A stretch of 63,808 bases of DNA, counting the filler, from Octopus bimaculoides (lineage: Eukaryota): assembly GCF_001194135.2 (NCBI RefSeq). It is 3 parts of 2 records of this genome, joined end to end, with 100 filler letters (N's around TTAATTAATTAA, not from the genome) between each part and the next. Parts side by side here need not be neighbours in the genome. Positions count along the whole stretch, not along the records: positions 31,873 to 44,929 come from NC_068996.1; positions 45,030 to 63,808 come from NC_068981.1; 1 more part is not named here. The stretch is one strand, 5' to 3'. Made by a program: the position numbers and the translations under genes. Under the pieces are notes generated by a model. That model was not told where the DNA came from, searched no databases, and saw nothing but the letters and a program-made list of their open reading frames with translations. Shown here in pieces: positions 40,403 through 53,519 of this stretch; positions within the stretch are counted from its first letter, which is position 1; every line of letters starts with the position of its first letter.

Positions 40403-40630
40403 AAGTACATGAAATAAATAGGGGCTACAAGTGAGTACAAATCTCGAGAAGTACGTGGAACAAATAGGGGCTGCAATAAAGGTGGAGAACTTGCAGAAAA
40501 CAGCACTGTTTGGAACCGCTCGAATACACCGGAAGGTGTGCGAAAAATAAGAGTTCACTGGTAGCGAACAGCTGACACCGTAGAACATCTCCAGAGTTAG
40601 AAGCTGCGAAAAGGCAATAATAATAATAAC
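40400..40630 (+). mobile_element. Dong/R4-clade non-LTR element, 3' end embedded in (AAT)n
   Basis: TNLEKYVEQIGAAIKVENLQKTALFGTARIHRKVCEK* (stop 40548-40550), short UTR, (AAT)n on both sides. Confidence 0.8.
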
Positions 40631-41080
40631 AATCCTTTCTACTGGGAGCAAAAGGTCTCAAATTAGGGGGAAGGGATTAAGTCGATTACATCGACTCCAG
40701 TGCGTAACTGGTACTTAATTTATCGACCCTGAAAGGATGAAAGGCGAAGTCGACCACGACGAAATTTGAACTCATACTATAGCGATAGACGAAATATTGC
40801 TAAGCAATTCACCCAGCGTGCTAACGATTCTGCCAGCTCGCCGCCTTATTGATAATAATTATAATGGTTTCAAATTTTGCCACAAAGACAGCAATCTTGG
40901 GAGAGATGACTAGTCGATTACATCGACCCTAGTACACAACTGGTACTTAATTTATCGAACCCAAAAGGATGAAAGGCAAAGTCGACCTCGGTGGAATTTT
41001 AACGCAGAACATGAAGACAGACAAATGCCGCTAAGCATTTCGCCTGGCGTTCTAACGATTCTGCCAGCTCGCTGCCTTCT
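40625..41080 (-). mobile_element. Two tandem SINE-B copies separated and flanked by TAA repeats
   Basis: Near-complete copies at about 40625-40846 and 40860-41077; a third tail stub at about 41140. Confidence 0.85.
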
Positions 41081-41088
41081 TAATAATA

Positions 41089-41141
<53 letters not shown>

Positions 41142-41204
41142 GATTTCAAATTTTTCCACGAAAAGATAGATAGATAGCTAGCTAGATAGATAGATTTCAT
41201 TGTA

Positions 41205-41648
41205 CATTGTTCTAGGTACAACGTCATGTCTCATCGGTAGATAACACTGTGAGGACATTTTCGGACGACTGCTTATGATGTTGGTGATATCTTCAGTGTG
41301 AACTCCACAAAGTCTGCATCGGTTGTCACATTTTACTGCTTTTCCAGCATCTCTATCCTTTTTGTGCACCAGGTACTTGGTTGGTATTACCTGTTCCTGG
41401 ATTGCAAACGCACACCTTTCAAAGTGGGAGGTAGTAATCCGGCTATTGGTCCATGATAAACTGCTTTGATGATCGGTGTTACTATAAGCACGGAGCTATC
41501 TACTGGTATATCCATTCAGAGTCTTCTGCTCATATAGGATCATCTTTTTATTTGATGATATGTTGCGGTAGAGTCGTGCAACTTCTTTGGGCATGTATTC
41601 TAGGTTATCAGACAAAGAGTGTTGCTTAAGGAGCTGTCAGTCTGTCTG

Positions 41649-41685
<37 letters not shown>

Positions 41686-42410
41686 GTATGTATGTCATTA
41701 TATAGTTTTATTTCAAGATTTCTTGCCAATAGAGAAAGAGCCGGTTTGTAACCTAAATTCAAGTATCTTTCATTGGAATTTCAACAATATCAAGAGACTA
41801 TTTTTGTAAGTATGTGTGTATATGTGCAAATTTTTATATATATAATTGCATATCTAGACATTTCCATATACACTTAAATGATAAACTTCTGGAAAGTTTT
41901 ATAGATTTTTACAGTTCCAGTTATGGATTGGATCTGCTTTCTCCTTTTTGGTTTTGAGACCATGCATGGTCTTCTGCTCATATATGCTCATCCTTTCATC
42001 TAAGGGTATGTTACGGTTGAATCGTGAGACAACTTTGGGCACATATTTAAGGTTATCAAGGAGCTGCATTCCAAGTCTTATGCTGTTATCAGCCTCATGG
42101 TGGTTAAAAGATGTTGCCGAAGGGATATGATACGACATTTTAGATCGATGTTAAGCCTCTGCCGCCATGTTTTCGCTTTTGGTAGAGGCCGTCTACGTAA
42201 CTGTCGATGTGGAAATTATGTGTCTTTGTTAGTATCTTCCGAGTTATCACATCAATGGCTCGAATCTCATCGAGTAGCCTAAATGTTGATATGAGAACTG
42301 GTAATGCAAACACATTGTGGGCCACACTTTTATTGAATGCAGAGAGTTCTGAGGTCCAAGTTTTCTTTATTCGGCTGTAATATTCTTTAGTGAGACGTGT
42401 TTTGTTACAG
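41205..42410 (-). mobile_element. Dong/R4-clade element: RT-thumb to zinc-knuckle fragments, interrupted at about 41620-41890
   Basis: SELSAFNKSVAHNVFALPVL...DGLYQKRKHGGRGLTSI, FAIQEQVIPTKYL, CRLCGVHTEDITNIISS...YLPMRHDVV. Confidence 0.85.
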
Positions 42411-42698
42411 GTGTCATTGTTTGTGTGTATGTATGTATGTATGTATGTATGTATGTATGTATGTATTACGATTGTTTGTACGTATGTGTGCATATGTATA
42501 TGCACATGCATGCATGTACATATGTATATGTGTGTGCGTATGTATGTGTGTAAAGTATGCGTGTGTATGTATGCAATTGTAGTACTGTCTGTATCTCTTT
42601 CTCTCTTCTCTCTTTCCTTCTCTCTCTCTCCCTCTCCCTCTCTCTCCCTCTCCCTCTCTCTCCCTCCGTCTTTATGTGTGTGCGTGCATGTGCGAGTA

Positions 42699-42750
<52 letters not shown>

Positions 42751-42803
42751 TATGTACGGGTATGTTTAGCATTAACTGGATATGTGTCCGTAGTGTTTAC
42801 GTA

Positions 42804-42835
<32 letters not shown>

Positions 42836-43055
42836 TGTATGTATGTATGTGTGTATGTATGTATGTATGTATGTGTGTGTGTATTCCTGTACCGTTGAGT
42901 GTTCGCATTAAAGGGTGTGTGATGATTGGATCCTAACTTCGAGTTCAAACAGCTGTTGAGTTATTTATATTTCTAACTCCCATGGGACGATGCCATAACA
43001 GAAATGAATAAGCGACCCGTTACGCAGAAACACATACGGGCACAAACACACACAA

Positions 43056-43090
<35 letters not shown>

Positions 43091-43359
43091 GAGTCATTCA
43101 CACTTACATTTGCACACACGCGCTCTAACAAAATATTCATCACACTTCCAAAAATGCGTGTGTATGTGTATGTATCAGAAAACGTATATAAATATGTATA
43201 CATGTATATATATAAGCCGGTGTTTGTTTGTTTTCGTTTTTATTTTTGTACATTACAGAAACATCCAATTTCCATTGAATATCTCATTGTCTTTGCTGTT
43301 AGGGCTACACGAGAAAATTAAATTCCTCTTTGATTGTTTATTTACGGAGGTGTTATTAT

Positions 43360-43363
43360 TCTT

Positions 43364-43399
<36 letters not shown>

Positions 43400-43412
43400 G
43401 TCATCATCATCA

Positions 43413-43505
<93 letters not shown>

Positions 43506-44365
43506 NNNNNNNNNNNNNNNNNNNNNNNNNNNNNNNNNNNNNNNNNNNNNNNNNNNNNNNNNNNNNNNNNNNNNNNNNNNNNNNNNNNNNNNNNNNNNNN
43601 NNNNNNNNNNNNNNNNNNNNNNNNNNNNNNNNNNNNNNNNNNNNNNNNNNNNNNNNNNNNNNNNNNNNNNNNNNNNNNNNNNNNNNNNNNNNNNNNNNNN
43701 NNNNNNNNNNNNNNNNNNNNNNNNNNNNNNNNNNNNNNNNNNNNNNNNNNNNNNNNNNNNNNNNNNNNNNNNNNNNNNNNNNNNNNNNNNNNNNNNNNNN
43801 NNNNNNNNNNNNNNNNNNNNNNNNNNNNNNNNNNNNNNNNNNNNNNNNNNNNNNNNNNNNNNNNNNNNNNNNNNNNNNNNNNNNNNNNNNNNNNNNNNNN
43901 NNNNNNNNNNNNNNNNNNNNNNNNNNNNNNNNNNNNNNNNNNNNNNNNNNNNNNNNNNNNNNNNNNNNNNNNNNNNNNNNNNNNNNNNNNNNNNNNNNNN
44001 NNNNNNNNNNNNNNNNNNNNNNNNNNNNNNNNNNNNNNNNNNNNNNNNNNNNNNNNNNNNNNNNNNNNNNNNNNNNNNNNNNNNNNNNNNNNNNNNNNNN
44101 NNNNNNNNNNNNNNNNNNNNNNNNNNNNNNNNNNNNNNNNNNNNNNNNNNNNNNNNNNNNNNNNNNNNNNNNNNNNNNNNNNNNNNNNNNNNNNNNNNNN
44201 NNNNNNNNNNNNNNNNNNNNNNNNNNNNNNNNNNNNNNNNNNNNNNNNNNNNNNNNNNNNNNNNNNNNNNNNNNNNNNNNNNNNNNNNNNNNNNNNNNNN
44301 NNNNNNNNNNNNNNNNNNNNNNNNNNNNNNNNNNNNNNNNNNNNNNNNNNNNNNNNNNNNNNNNN

Positions 44366-44445
<80 letters not shown>

Positions 44446-44450
44446 CATTA
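43360..44450. repeat. (CAT)n/(TAT)n microsatellite spanning an N gap
   Basis: Directly visible; explains the 380-480 aa pseudo-ORFs. Confidence 0.95.
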
Positions 44451-44929
44451 TTTTCATATACACGCAGCAGATTACATTTTTGGAAAAGAAAAATCCTAAC
44501 ATCTGGCTACAAAAAAGTACACTTAGATGCCAAGAACCCTCTTAAGTATCCTAGCTGTCCCTAATAACACTGTTTTCTGCGGCTGTACTAAATTGGGTTT
44601 TATGCCTATTTCCTTTATCCATCTGTTCAGATCTTTAGGGATAGTTCCCAATGCACCTATAACTACTGGGATACATTTTACACACACTTTCCATAGTCTC
44701 TATAACTCAATGGCTAGATCTTGGTACTTTGCTATTTTTTCTATGTCTCTCATATTCAACATTTGGAACGGTAAAGTCGTTTAGGACTGTAAAGTCAATT
44801 ATCTGTCACTTTCTATTCTCTTTATCTACTACTACTAAATCAGGCCTTCTAGCTTCTATTTCTCTACCAATCTGAATGTCGCACAACATCTTATATTTCT
44901 TACTTTCTAGTATTTTACTAGGTTCATGT
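44450..44929 (-). mobile_element. Dong/R4-clade element: restriction-like endonuclease domain and 3' end
   Basis: Minus strand EIEARRPDLVVVDK, KIAKYQDLAIEL, IPVVIGALGTIPKDL, QKTVLLGTARILKRVLGI*; the 3' end runs into (AAT)n. Confidence 0.85.
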
Positions 44930-45029
44930 NNNNNNNNNNNNNNNNNNNNNNNNNNNNNNNNNNNNNNNNNNNNTTAATTAATTAANNNNNNNNNNNNNNN
45001 NNNNNNNNNNNNNNNNNNNNNNNNNNNNN
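44930..45029. other. Artificial 100-bp assembly spacer
   Basis: 44 N + TTAATTAATTAA + 44 N. Confidence 0.95.
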
Positions 45030-46773
45030 TCCATTCTCTCCTTTAACTGTGAGGAAGGAAGACTAGGAAATTCTTTTTCGAACGAAACACTGCAGACTGC
45101 AGCGTTCGTTTCACAAAAATTTTCATGGCTACAAGACGCCATCGTCTCAAAAAAAAAATGGCTAGAAAGCCGAGATTGGTTTTTATATCCTGGAAATGTG
45201 CCACACAGGGCAGATTTCCGTCGCAAAAAACTTGCACCAGAGAGTCTACAAGTTGTTATACAACTTTGTATATAAAATAAATTTTACAAACAAACTTTTT
45301 AAAACATGAAAAAGGCAAAACTTACAGAGCCGACACGTCTACCGTCCGTCCATAGAGATAGATAGATAGATAGATAGATGAACTGAAATGAAATTTAAAA
45401 AATGAAAATAATCTCGATTGCAAATAACTAGGACTGAACCATGTAACTTGTAAATATAATGGGGATGGTGATGGTGGTAGTGTAAGTAAGCATATTGGTT
45501 AAAGGTGGTGGTGTTGGTGTTGATAGGGAAATTTGTTTAACAGAAATGGTGCATTTAAAAAATTTTTTTAGCGTCCATGACTTTACGCATGCGCTTTAGT
45601 ACAATAAATTATCGTCTGCTCGATCAAAACTTTTATTTCTTTATAAAATATGGACAACAGCAGACGACATCAGTGAAACGAGGAAGAATAAAAGTTTTAG
45701 GGTAAGATGTTTTTATAGATTTTTTTTTTAATAACCATATTGAGATTTCTCAAAACTTTACCAGATAATGTCTATGATTTTATTCCATAGTTAAGATTGT
45801 TTACTTCTTGGCATAAAGGGGAAAATTAACAACTCACCAAGAAGACAGCAATATAACTTTCAGAAATGTTGTTTCTTGAGATTCTACCAAAGTGAACTGT
45901 TTTATCATTTCAAGAACCGAATGTTTCAAAACAATATACAATTTCATCATACAGTTTTCAAAGAAACCGTGAAATTTCCACGGTTACTGCTAGTTAAGTA
46001 GAAACGTTTTTAGTTCAATCAACATTCGTTGAAGTTTTAAAAATTATAGTTCTTGATTTAATTTCAAGGCCAGCAGTTTTGAAGAGAGGGAGTTGGTTGA
46101 TGCCATAAACCCAAGTACATGGCTGGTACCATATTTCATCGACCTGGGAGAGATGGAAAGCTAAGCTGACCTCGCCGGGATTTGAACTCAGAACGTAAAA
46201 TACCGCAAGACATTTTTTTTCAACTTTGGTTGAGAAAAGTTTAAAAAATAATAATTAATAGGATATCTAGCAATCATCTGTCTAGTCGTTTTAATTCAAT
46301 GAATATCGTGTGTTACTCTTTTCGTGTTTAAATGATTATGAAAAGTCCATTGCCGGGGTATCCGCACACTTGCAAATGTGTAATATAAGTCTGTTTAATC
46401 TATGAAGACCTAAGTACTAATCCATTAGTAGCTTTCTGTTGCACCCATTTAAAAAATCAATAAATATCTAAGATTATTCAGCATTCATTGCATTTACATA
46501 ATAAATAGATAACAATGAACGGACAATGCAGGAGTGTGGGGGTTATGATCAAAGTTTAGGGGTTAGATGACGTTCAATGAGGCACACAAAACTGTTTTAG
46601 AGAATCGAATATCGATCAAGACAGTTAACGAAAAATTATTCTGCTGAAAGATACTCTCGTAAAATTTAATGTTTATAATGAGCTGCTTTACTTTAATCGT
46701 TTGTATACACACACACACACACACAGACTAATACACAGACAGACAGACAGACAGACAGACGGACGGTCGGATG

Positions 46774-46816
<43 letters not shown>

Positions 46817-46979
46817 TGATAGATAGTCTTAACTGTGGTTCATCTTGAGCGGAGTGACTTATCAAATTATTTCTAGTAAACAAACTTTGCAATACACAGT
46901 ACGGCAAACTGTCTCTCGTTTGTCAACAAAATGCTATATATAATTATATACAAGTAACAGACCCTCCACCGATTTGGTA

Positions 46980-47051
46980 GCCGTGATCGTCTAGTGGTTA
47001 GGACCCCACGTTGTGGCCGTGGTAACCCAGGTTCGAATCCTGGTCACGGCA
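46980..47051 (+). tRNA. trnH-GUG: tRNA-His (anticodon GUG at 47013-47015)
   Basis: 72-nt cloverleaf: acceptor GCCGTGA/TCACGGC, anticodon arm CCACG-TTGTGGC-CGTGG, T arm CCAGG-TTCGAAT-CCTGG; intact A and B boxes. Position -1 is A, consistent with post-transcriptional G-1 addition. Confidence 0.98.
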
Positions 47052-47053
47052 GG

Positions 47054-47065
47054 TTTTTTTTTTTT
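47054..47065 (+). terminator. RNA polymerase III oligo-T terminator
   Basis: 12 consecutive T starting 2 nt after the tRNA. Confidence 0.9.
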
Positions 47066-47307
47066 AATGATTATGTTTGGCTGGTAATCATTTAGATACT
47101 ATTTTTCTTCTTTTCTTTTCTTCCTTCTTTCTCTCCCTCTCTTTCTCTCTACTTCCCATCTAGAAAAAATATCACTTTTCGTGGATAGACACACAAGCAG
47201 ATAGATAGATAGATATGTCCTGTACCTGGATATGCATCTATATATACATGTAGATGTAGGTATGTACATATATGTATGTATACATGCATATGCTCATATA
47301 TCATTTG

Positions 47308-47358
<51 letters not shown>

Positions 47359-48389
47359 TAGATAGATATACAGATAGGTAGTCAGACAGAGAAAGAGAGA
47401 GACAGACAGACAGATAGATAGATAGATAGATAGGAATGAAGGGCATCTGGCTGCAGAAAATCTGCCTCAATGAACTCTGTCCAATCAATACAAGCATGAA
47501 AACGTGGGCCTAAAATGATAATAATGATGATGATGGTGAAAATTGTTGTTGTTTAGCCCAGGTAATCTGTGGTTGAGTGAACCTCTGATCAGAGACGTTC
47601 TAGCTTGATCATCATCCCATCTTTCTGCATGTCTAGGATTACATTGTTCAATGTGTCCTTCTCGTTCTTTTAAAGATGCTATGTTGCGATGAGAGGTGTT
47701 TGGTTGTTATTTCTAGCTGTTTGAATGACTTAGTAGAGGCTTCCCATGTTTGTTAAATAAACGGAACTGTAGTCAGCCCATGGACGAAATGCTGAGCAGG
47801 TTAATCTCTGTGCCATATGCTTGAATTGAATTGCACAATGTCAATGCCATTACTGCCTTGCTATCTCCACCATTACCACTACCACTACCATCCCCAACAA
47901 CACCATCAACAACAAACAAACAAACAAACAAACAAACAACAATAACAACAAACAGCAAAACAGCAATAACCACCATTGGTGCCAGCACCACTACTACCAT
48001 CACTAAAACCATATCACAACAAAAACCAACAACATTACCACCACTTCGACCTCCAGCTTCACAACCCTCAACAATAACCAGAGTACCACCACCACTACCA
48101 CCACTGCTAATACCACAACTACTTCAACCACTACTGTCAGCATCATGACCACTACCACCACCATCTACTGCAACAAGATAGCTTCTACATGGTTGCTCAA
48201 CTGGCTTGACAGAGCAGCCAAATCTCCCTCAAATAACACTACTATGTCTTATAGAGGAAAGGATCCGTTGGGTGATGCAGTTTAAGAGATTTCACCTAAA
48301 ATGACAGGATGGTCACAACGAGAATCACTTTGATCGTTGGTCTGCATGATCAAGATCGATTTGGAGTTAATCAGCAAAAGCTACTGCTG

Positions 48390-48445
<56 letters not shown>

Positions 48446-48922
48446 NNNNNNNNNNNNNNNNNNNNNNNNNNNNNNNNNNNNNNNNNNNNNNNNNNNNNNN
48501 NNNNNNNNNNNNNNNNNNNNNNNNNNNNNNNNNNNNNNNNNNNNNNNNNNNNNNNNNNNNNNNNNNNNNNNNNNNNNNNNNNNNNNNNNNNNNNNNNNNN
48601 NNNNNNNNNNNNNNNNNNNNNNNNNNNNNNNNNNNNNNNNNNNNNNNNNNNNNNNNNNNNNNNNNNNNNNNNNNNNNNNNNNNNNNNNNNNNNNNNNNNN
48701 NNNNNNNNNNNNNNNNNNNNNNNNNNNNNNNNNNNNNNNNNNNNNNNNNNNNNNNNNNNNNNNNNNNNNNNNNNNNNNNNNNNNNNNNNNNNNNNNNNNN
48801 NNNNNNNNNNNNNNNNNNNNNNNNNNNNNNNNNNNNNNNNNNNNNNNNNNNNNNNNNNNNNNNNNNNNNNNNNNNNNNNNNNNNNNNNNNNNNNNNNNNN
48901 NNNNNNNNNNNNNNNNNNNNNN

Positions 48923-48963
<41 letters not shown>

Positions 48964-49354
48964 ACAAATTTCTTCACACACACATACACAAGCATATATA
49001 TATGTATGTATGTATATACTGAAGAAAGAAAATTGATTGCATGTCACTTTGATTTATTATATACTAGATATACATTAATGTTTTAAAGCAAAGAACTCAA
49101 AACATGAAATATCTTGTAGGACAGGCGGCATATTTGGTTATCTTTGATGTTTTTTGAAAATTCTAAAAGTATTGAATGACTGTTGATTATCTCAAAGTAT
49201 AAAAAAGAAAAACTTATTAATTTTCGGAAAAAGTTTCTGGCCAATTTTGTACAAAAGATTTCAGTAAGTTATTTGTGTATTAATTATTATAAAAACTAAA
49301 ACAAATGTAATTGATGCTGATTATGTTTGCAGCACAAGAACAAAGTTGTAATAG

Positions 49355-49400
<46 letters not shown>

Positions 49401-49899
49401 TGTCATCACTGTCATCATCATCATCATTATCATCTGTCATCACTGTCAAATAAATTCAGTCATTAGGCTTTGATTAGCCCAAGGCTATAGAAGAAGGCAC
49501 TTGCTCAAGGCACCATGATGTGGAACTAAACCCAAAACAACATGGTTAAGAAGTGAACTTCTTAACCACACAGATATGCTTACACCTATTCATGCTTATA
49601 CCCATAGTTATAAAAGTTTTTAAAAAATTGATATTATTTTCATATCAGTAATCCAATCTGCTTCCCATGCTACAATGTGAATAAATTATTTACCTCAACA
49701 CAAGGTGTCCACACCTCACTCAGGTCTTATTAAACAACTTGTACTGGTAAAAATTTAGTTAAATCAGCTGAGTCTACATCCTCAACTACTTTTACCAAAA
49801 TATCTAAATTAATACATAAAGTATCATGAAATGTTATTCATGTGTACAAAATACCCAACTAGAATCAAAACAAGAACCTTTATTTCTGAACTAAGGATA

Positions 49900-51020
49900 G
49901 CAATAACATACTTATTCACTTGTTCACTAATGTATGTTACAACATTAGATTATATATATTAATCTTTCACTAAAGCAACCATTTGAGTTAATTTTAATAC
50001 TAGACTTACTAATTGGGATGTAAAGTTAGCATTATATGTAGTTTTTCTTTGAAATTTTTCTAAGTACTCTCTGTGGTTCTTAACCAATTATGGAAATTTC
50101 ATTCCATAGCACTTAATGATTTCTTTTTTCACATCAGATGTTTAACCAATCCTGATTTGGACATTTCTTTTCTCATTAAGGCTGCCCAATGTTCTATTCT
50201 ATATTTAGAGGCTATCCAGTTTTTCTTTTGTGATAAATTCTGTAAATACACGCTATATTATAGAGTTTTAATTTCTAGCCACTTATGGATAATTACTGTT
50301 GTGAGTAACTCCATAATATGATGTTCCTTTTGAGCACATTTTAGATGTTACACATGTAGCAGATTCTCTGAATTTTTTTAGACAAAATGCCAGACAGTAA
50401 AGTAGAGACAAAGTGGAGTTTAGCTTAACATTTTACTTTGTGTTTGAGACAAGATGAGCCATAATGGGCTGGGTATGTTTTTCTTGTAATTCAGGAATGT
50501 ATGTTTTAGATGATTAATTTCTATTTTTTAATCTGATACATTAATCCAGATATTTTTGCCTAATATTGCAGACATTTGGCAGTTCCTTTCTAAATACTGT
50601 ATACATGATGAGACTCAAGGTTCAAGTAGAGACTAGTGGTAGATAGCTTTCTTTATACTGATGTTCCACCACTTGATTCTGTTCTTTGCTGTTCTAGAGT
50701 GAATAACATTGAAGTTTTGTAAGTTTTTTAATGCAGTAAATAAGAACTTAAACATTCTCTTAGTGGTGACAGAGTATAAATGCATCCTTCATATATCTTA
50801 ACCATGTTGTAGATCTTAGTGTTATATCTTTTAGAGTCATGTAAGTGTTAGCCATGATTGGTACTAATGGTGATCCTATAGCCATACCTTCCAATTGATG
50901 ATATATCACTTTTACAGAAAGATATCTATAATAACCTAAAATTATGTGTATCTGCAGTCTACAGATAAGAACATTAATACCCTTAGTTTGGAAATAAAAG
51001 TTCCTAATTGAAACCAAGCT
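49900..51020 (-). mobile_element. Penelope-like element (RT plus GIY-YIG region), heavily decayed
   Basis: YHQLEGMAIGSPLVPIMANTYM...WLRYMKDAF, then KIQRICYMCNI*NVLKRN and KSGLVKH. Confidence 0.75.
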
Positions 51021-52912
51021 TAGTGCTATGTATACATCCAGGAATTGGACATCAAATGACGATCAGATATCAAAACATAGTGTAGATGTAAATATATAAT
51101 TATAGATATTTCTTCTTTAAAGAAGAGGTGAACAATCTAAAAAATTAAGATCGTATCCTTGGACATTTAGACAATGTATCATTTCATATTTTAAATTGTA
51201 TAATAATGTGGAAATGCTGGCTCAAAACTATCTATACAGTAAAAATTAGCATTTAACTAGAAAAATTTTAATCCTAAGCAACTAACTGTTTCCAATTGGC
51301 ATCAAGATAAATGGTAAGGTATTTTTGCCAACTGGCACCAAGATAATGGTAAGATATTTTTGTCTATTTTTATAGTGTCAGGTTGCAAAAGTGCACAAAG
51401 TTGTTATAGATTCTTCTCTTTCATAGACACAAAAGAATATCTTATTTTAGATGCAGTACGATCTGGGTCTTGTTGCAATATTTGCTGTAAGACAAAGCTT
51501 GCATTCAACCTTTATTGGCTTAGAATAAAATGAATAATGGTTATGATATTTTTAGAAATTAACTTCGTAAAAACAAAAACAAGAAACCAAAATGTTGTGG
51601 ATAAATTGCAATTATTGGTATACAACAGTCTTGAAAGAAAGTAAAACCATTTTCCTTGTTTAGTCTCTTTCAGTCACTTGCTTCTTGAGGGTGCCTTCTT
51701 TGCTATACAATTGTCAAGAGGTTTTGCTGCAAGTTTCATAAATGAAAACAAAACCTGCTGTTTGTGCTCCACTGTTGTGCTTTAAGCCCCACATTCACAT
51801 CTGCTTATCCCTTTCTTAGGGGGTTCCACTCCAGCTCACACAATCTTCTTTTAATGTTTACTAGGTCTCAGGTTTCCTCCTCCTNNNNNNNNNNNNNNNN
51901 NNNNNNNNNNNNNNNNNNNNNNNNNNNNNNNNNNNNNNNNNNNNNNNNNNNNNNNNNNNNNNNNNNNNNNNNNNNNNNNNNNNNNNNNNNNNNNNNNNNN
52001 NNNNNNNNNNNNNNNNNCACCACCACCACCACCACCACCACCACCACCATCATTCTAATGCCTATTTTTCAATGCATGCATGGGTCAGATTAGACATTAT
52101 TGGTGCAGAGTTTTCTATGGACAGATACCCTCCCAGTTACAAACAGCCCTACTTCTATGTAAGATAATAACCTCTCTGTCAATAACTAATGAGTGAAAGA
52201 TCTGTAAGTGAGGGAAATATGAAATAACTCACACAAACATAGGCACACACACACACGGCTGGCTTCTTTTAGTTTCTGCCCGCCATAGCCATTTACAAGG
52301 CTTTCATCAGCTTTGAGCTATTGTAGAAGATATTTGCCCAAAGTATCATACAATGGAACTTTGTTGGAAAGCCACATTGTTGGAAAACAAACTTATTAAC
52401 CACATACCCGTGCCTGTCTATAAATATTACAGACAGATTTCATGATTAGCAAAAAAAGTCTTTTTACATATCAGACACTATATTATTCAATGTATCTTTT
52501 TTATTCATGTAGGACAGTAATGTGCAATATGAGGAGGATTTATCTACTATTTCTAGCATGCAGAAACTTTTTCGTTGGCTCATGACAATTCCAATGTCAT
52601 GTCTCTAGAGAGCTTTGTAGCTGAAACCAGATTTTCAAGTGGTCTGGTGCAGATGACCAGCTTATAGAGATCAGTGCCATGTATTACCACTTTTTCCAAA
52701 TGTCCTGAAGAAGGGGTCTTCACTCCAAAATATAGAAATACAAGGCAAAACTACCCCATATATAACCCTACAAGGGATTGATTGCACAAGGTAAAGAAAA
52801 GTTGTAAGAGGGATCAAGTTGAGTGGATTTAGAGGCAATTATGCAGATAAACAAATTAGATACATTAATTATATTAAATATAACAGTTTGGGTATGAAAT
52901 ATAGAATATGTA

Positions 52913-53234
52913 CAGTATCTCACAGAAGTATGTACGCCCCTAAAAAATTTCAGTAAAATTGCCATTCGCCTGATAATATCAAAGGAAATCAAACAAAATT
53001 TGTACTGAATAAAATATATTATACATACAAGCATTATACAAATTTGGAACACAGAACATTAATATTTCATTCATATCCTTGAAAATGCTTATTGTTTTGT
53101 ATTCCAAACTTTTATGTTTGCATGTATAATATACTTTTTCAGTATAAATTTTGTTTGATTTCCTTCAATATTATCAGAATAGTGGCGACTTTACGGAAAT
53201 TTTTTAAGGGTGTACATACTTCTGTGAGATACTG
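52913..53234. mobile_element. Tc1-type MITE, 322 bp, TIRs about 135 bp
   Basis: TA|CAGTATCTCACAGAAGTATGTACGCCCCT ... AGGGTGTACATACTTCTGTGAGATACTG|TA. Confidence 0.9.
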
Positions 53235-53519
53235 TATATATGTATATTATTAATATAAATATCTATATATTTATANNNNNNNNNNNNNNNNNNNNNNNNN
53301 NNNNNNNNNNNNNNNNNNNNNNNNNNNNNNNNNNNNNNNNNNNNNNNNNNNNNNNNNNNNNNNNNNNNNNNNNNNNNNNNNNNNNNNNNNNNNNNNNNNN
53401 NNNNNNNNNNNNNNNNNNNNNNNNNNNNNNNNNNNNNNNNNNNNNNNNNNNNNNNNNNNNNNNNNNNNNNNNNNNNNNNNNNNNNNNNNNNNNNNNNNNN
53501 NTATATTTATATACATACA

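Noticed and set aside
43110-44564. 380-484 aa ORFs, and similar ones at 15222, 38465, 48309 and 62685
   Set aside because: Made of N gaps and di/trinucleotide repeats.
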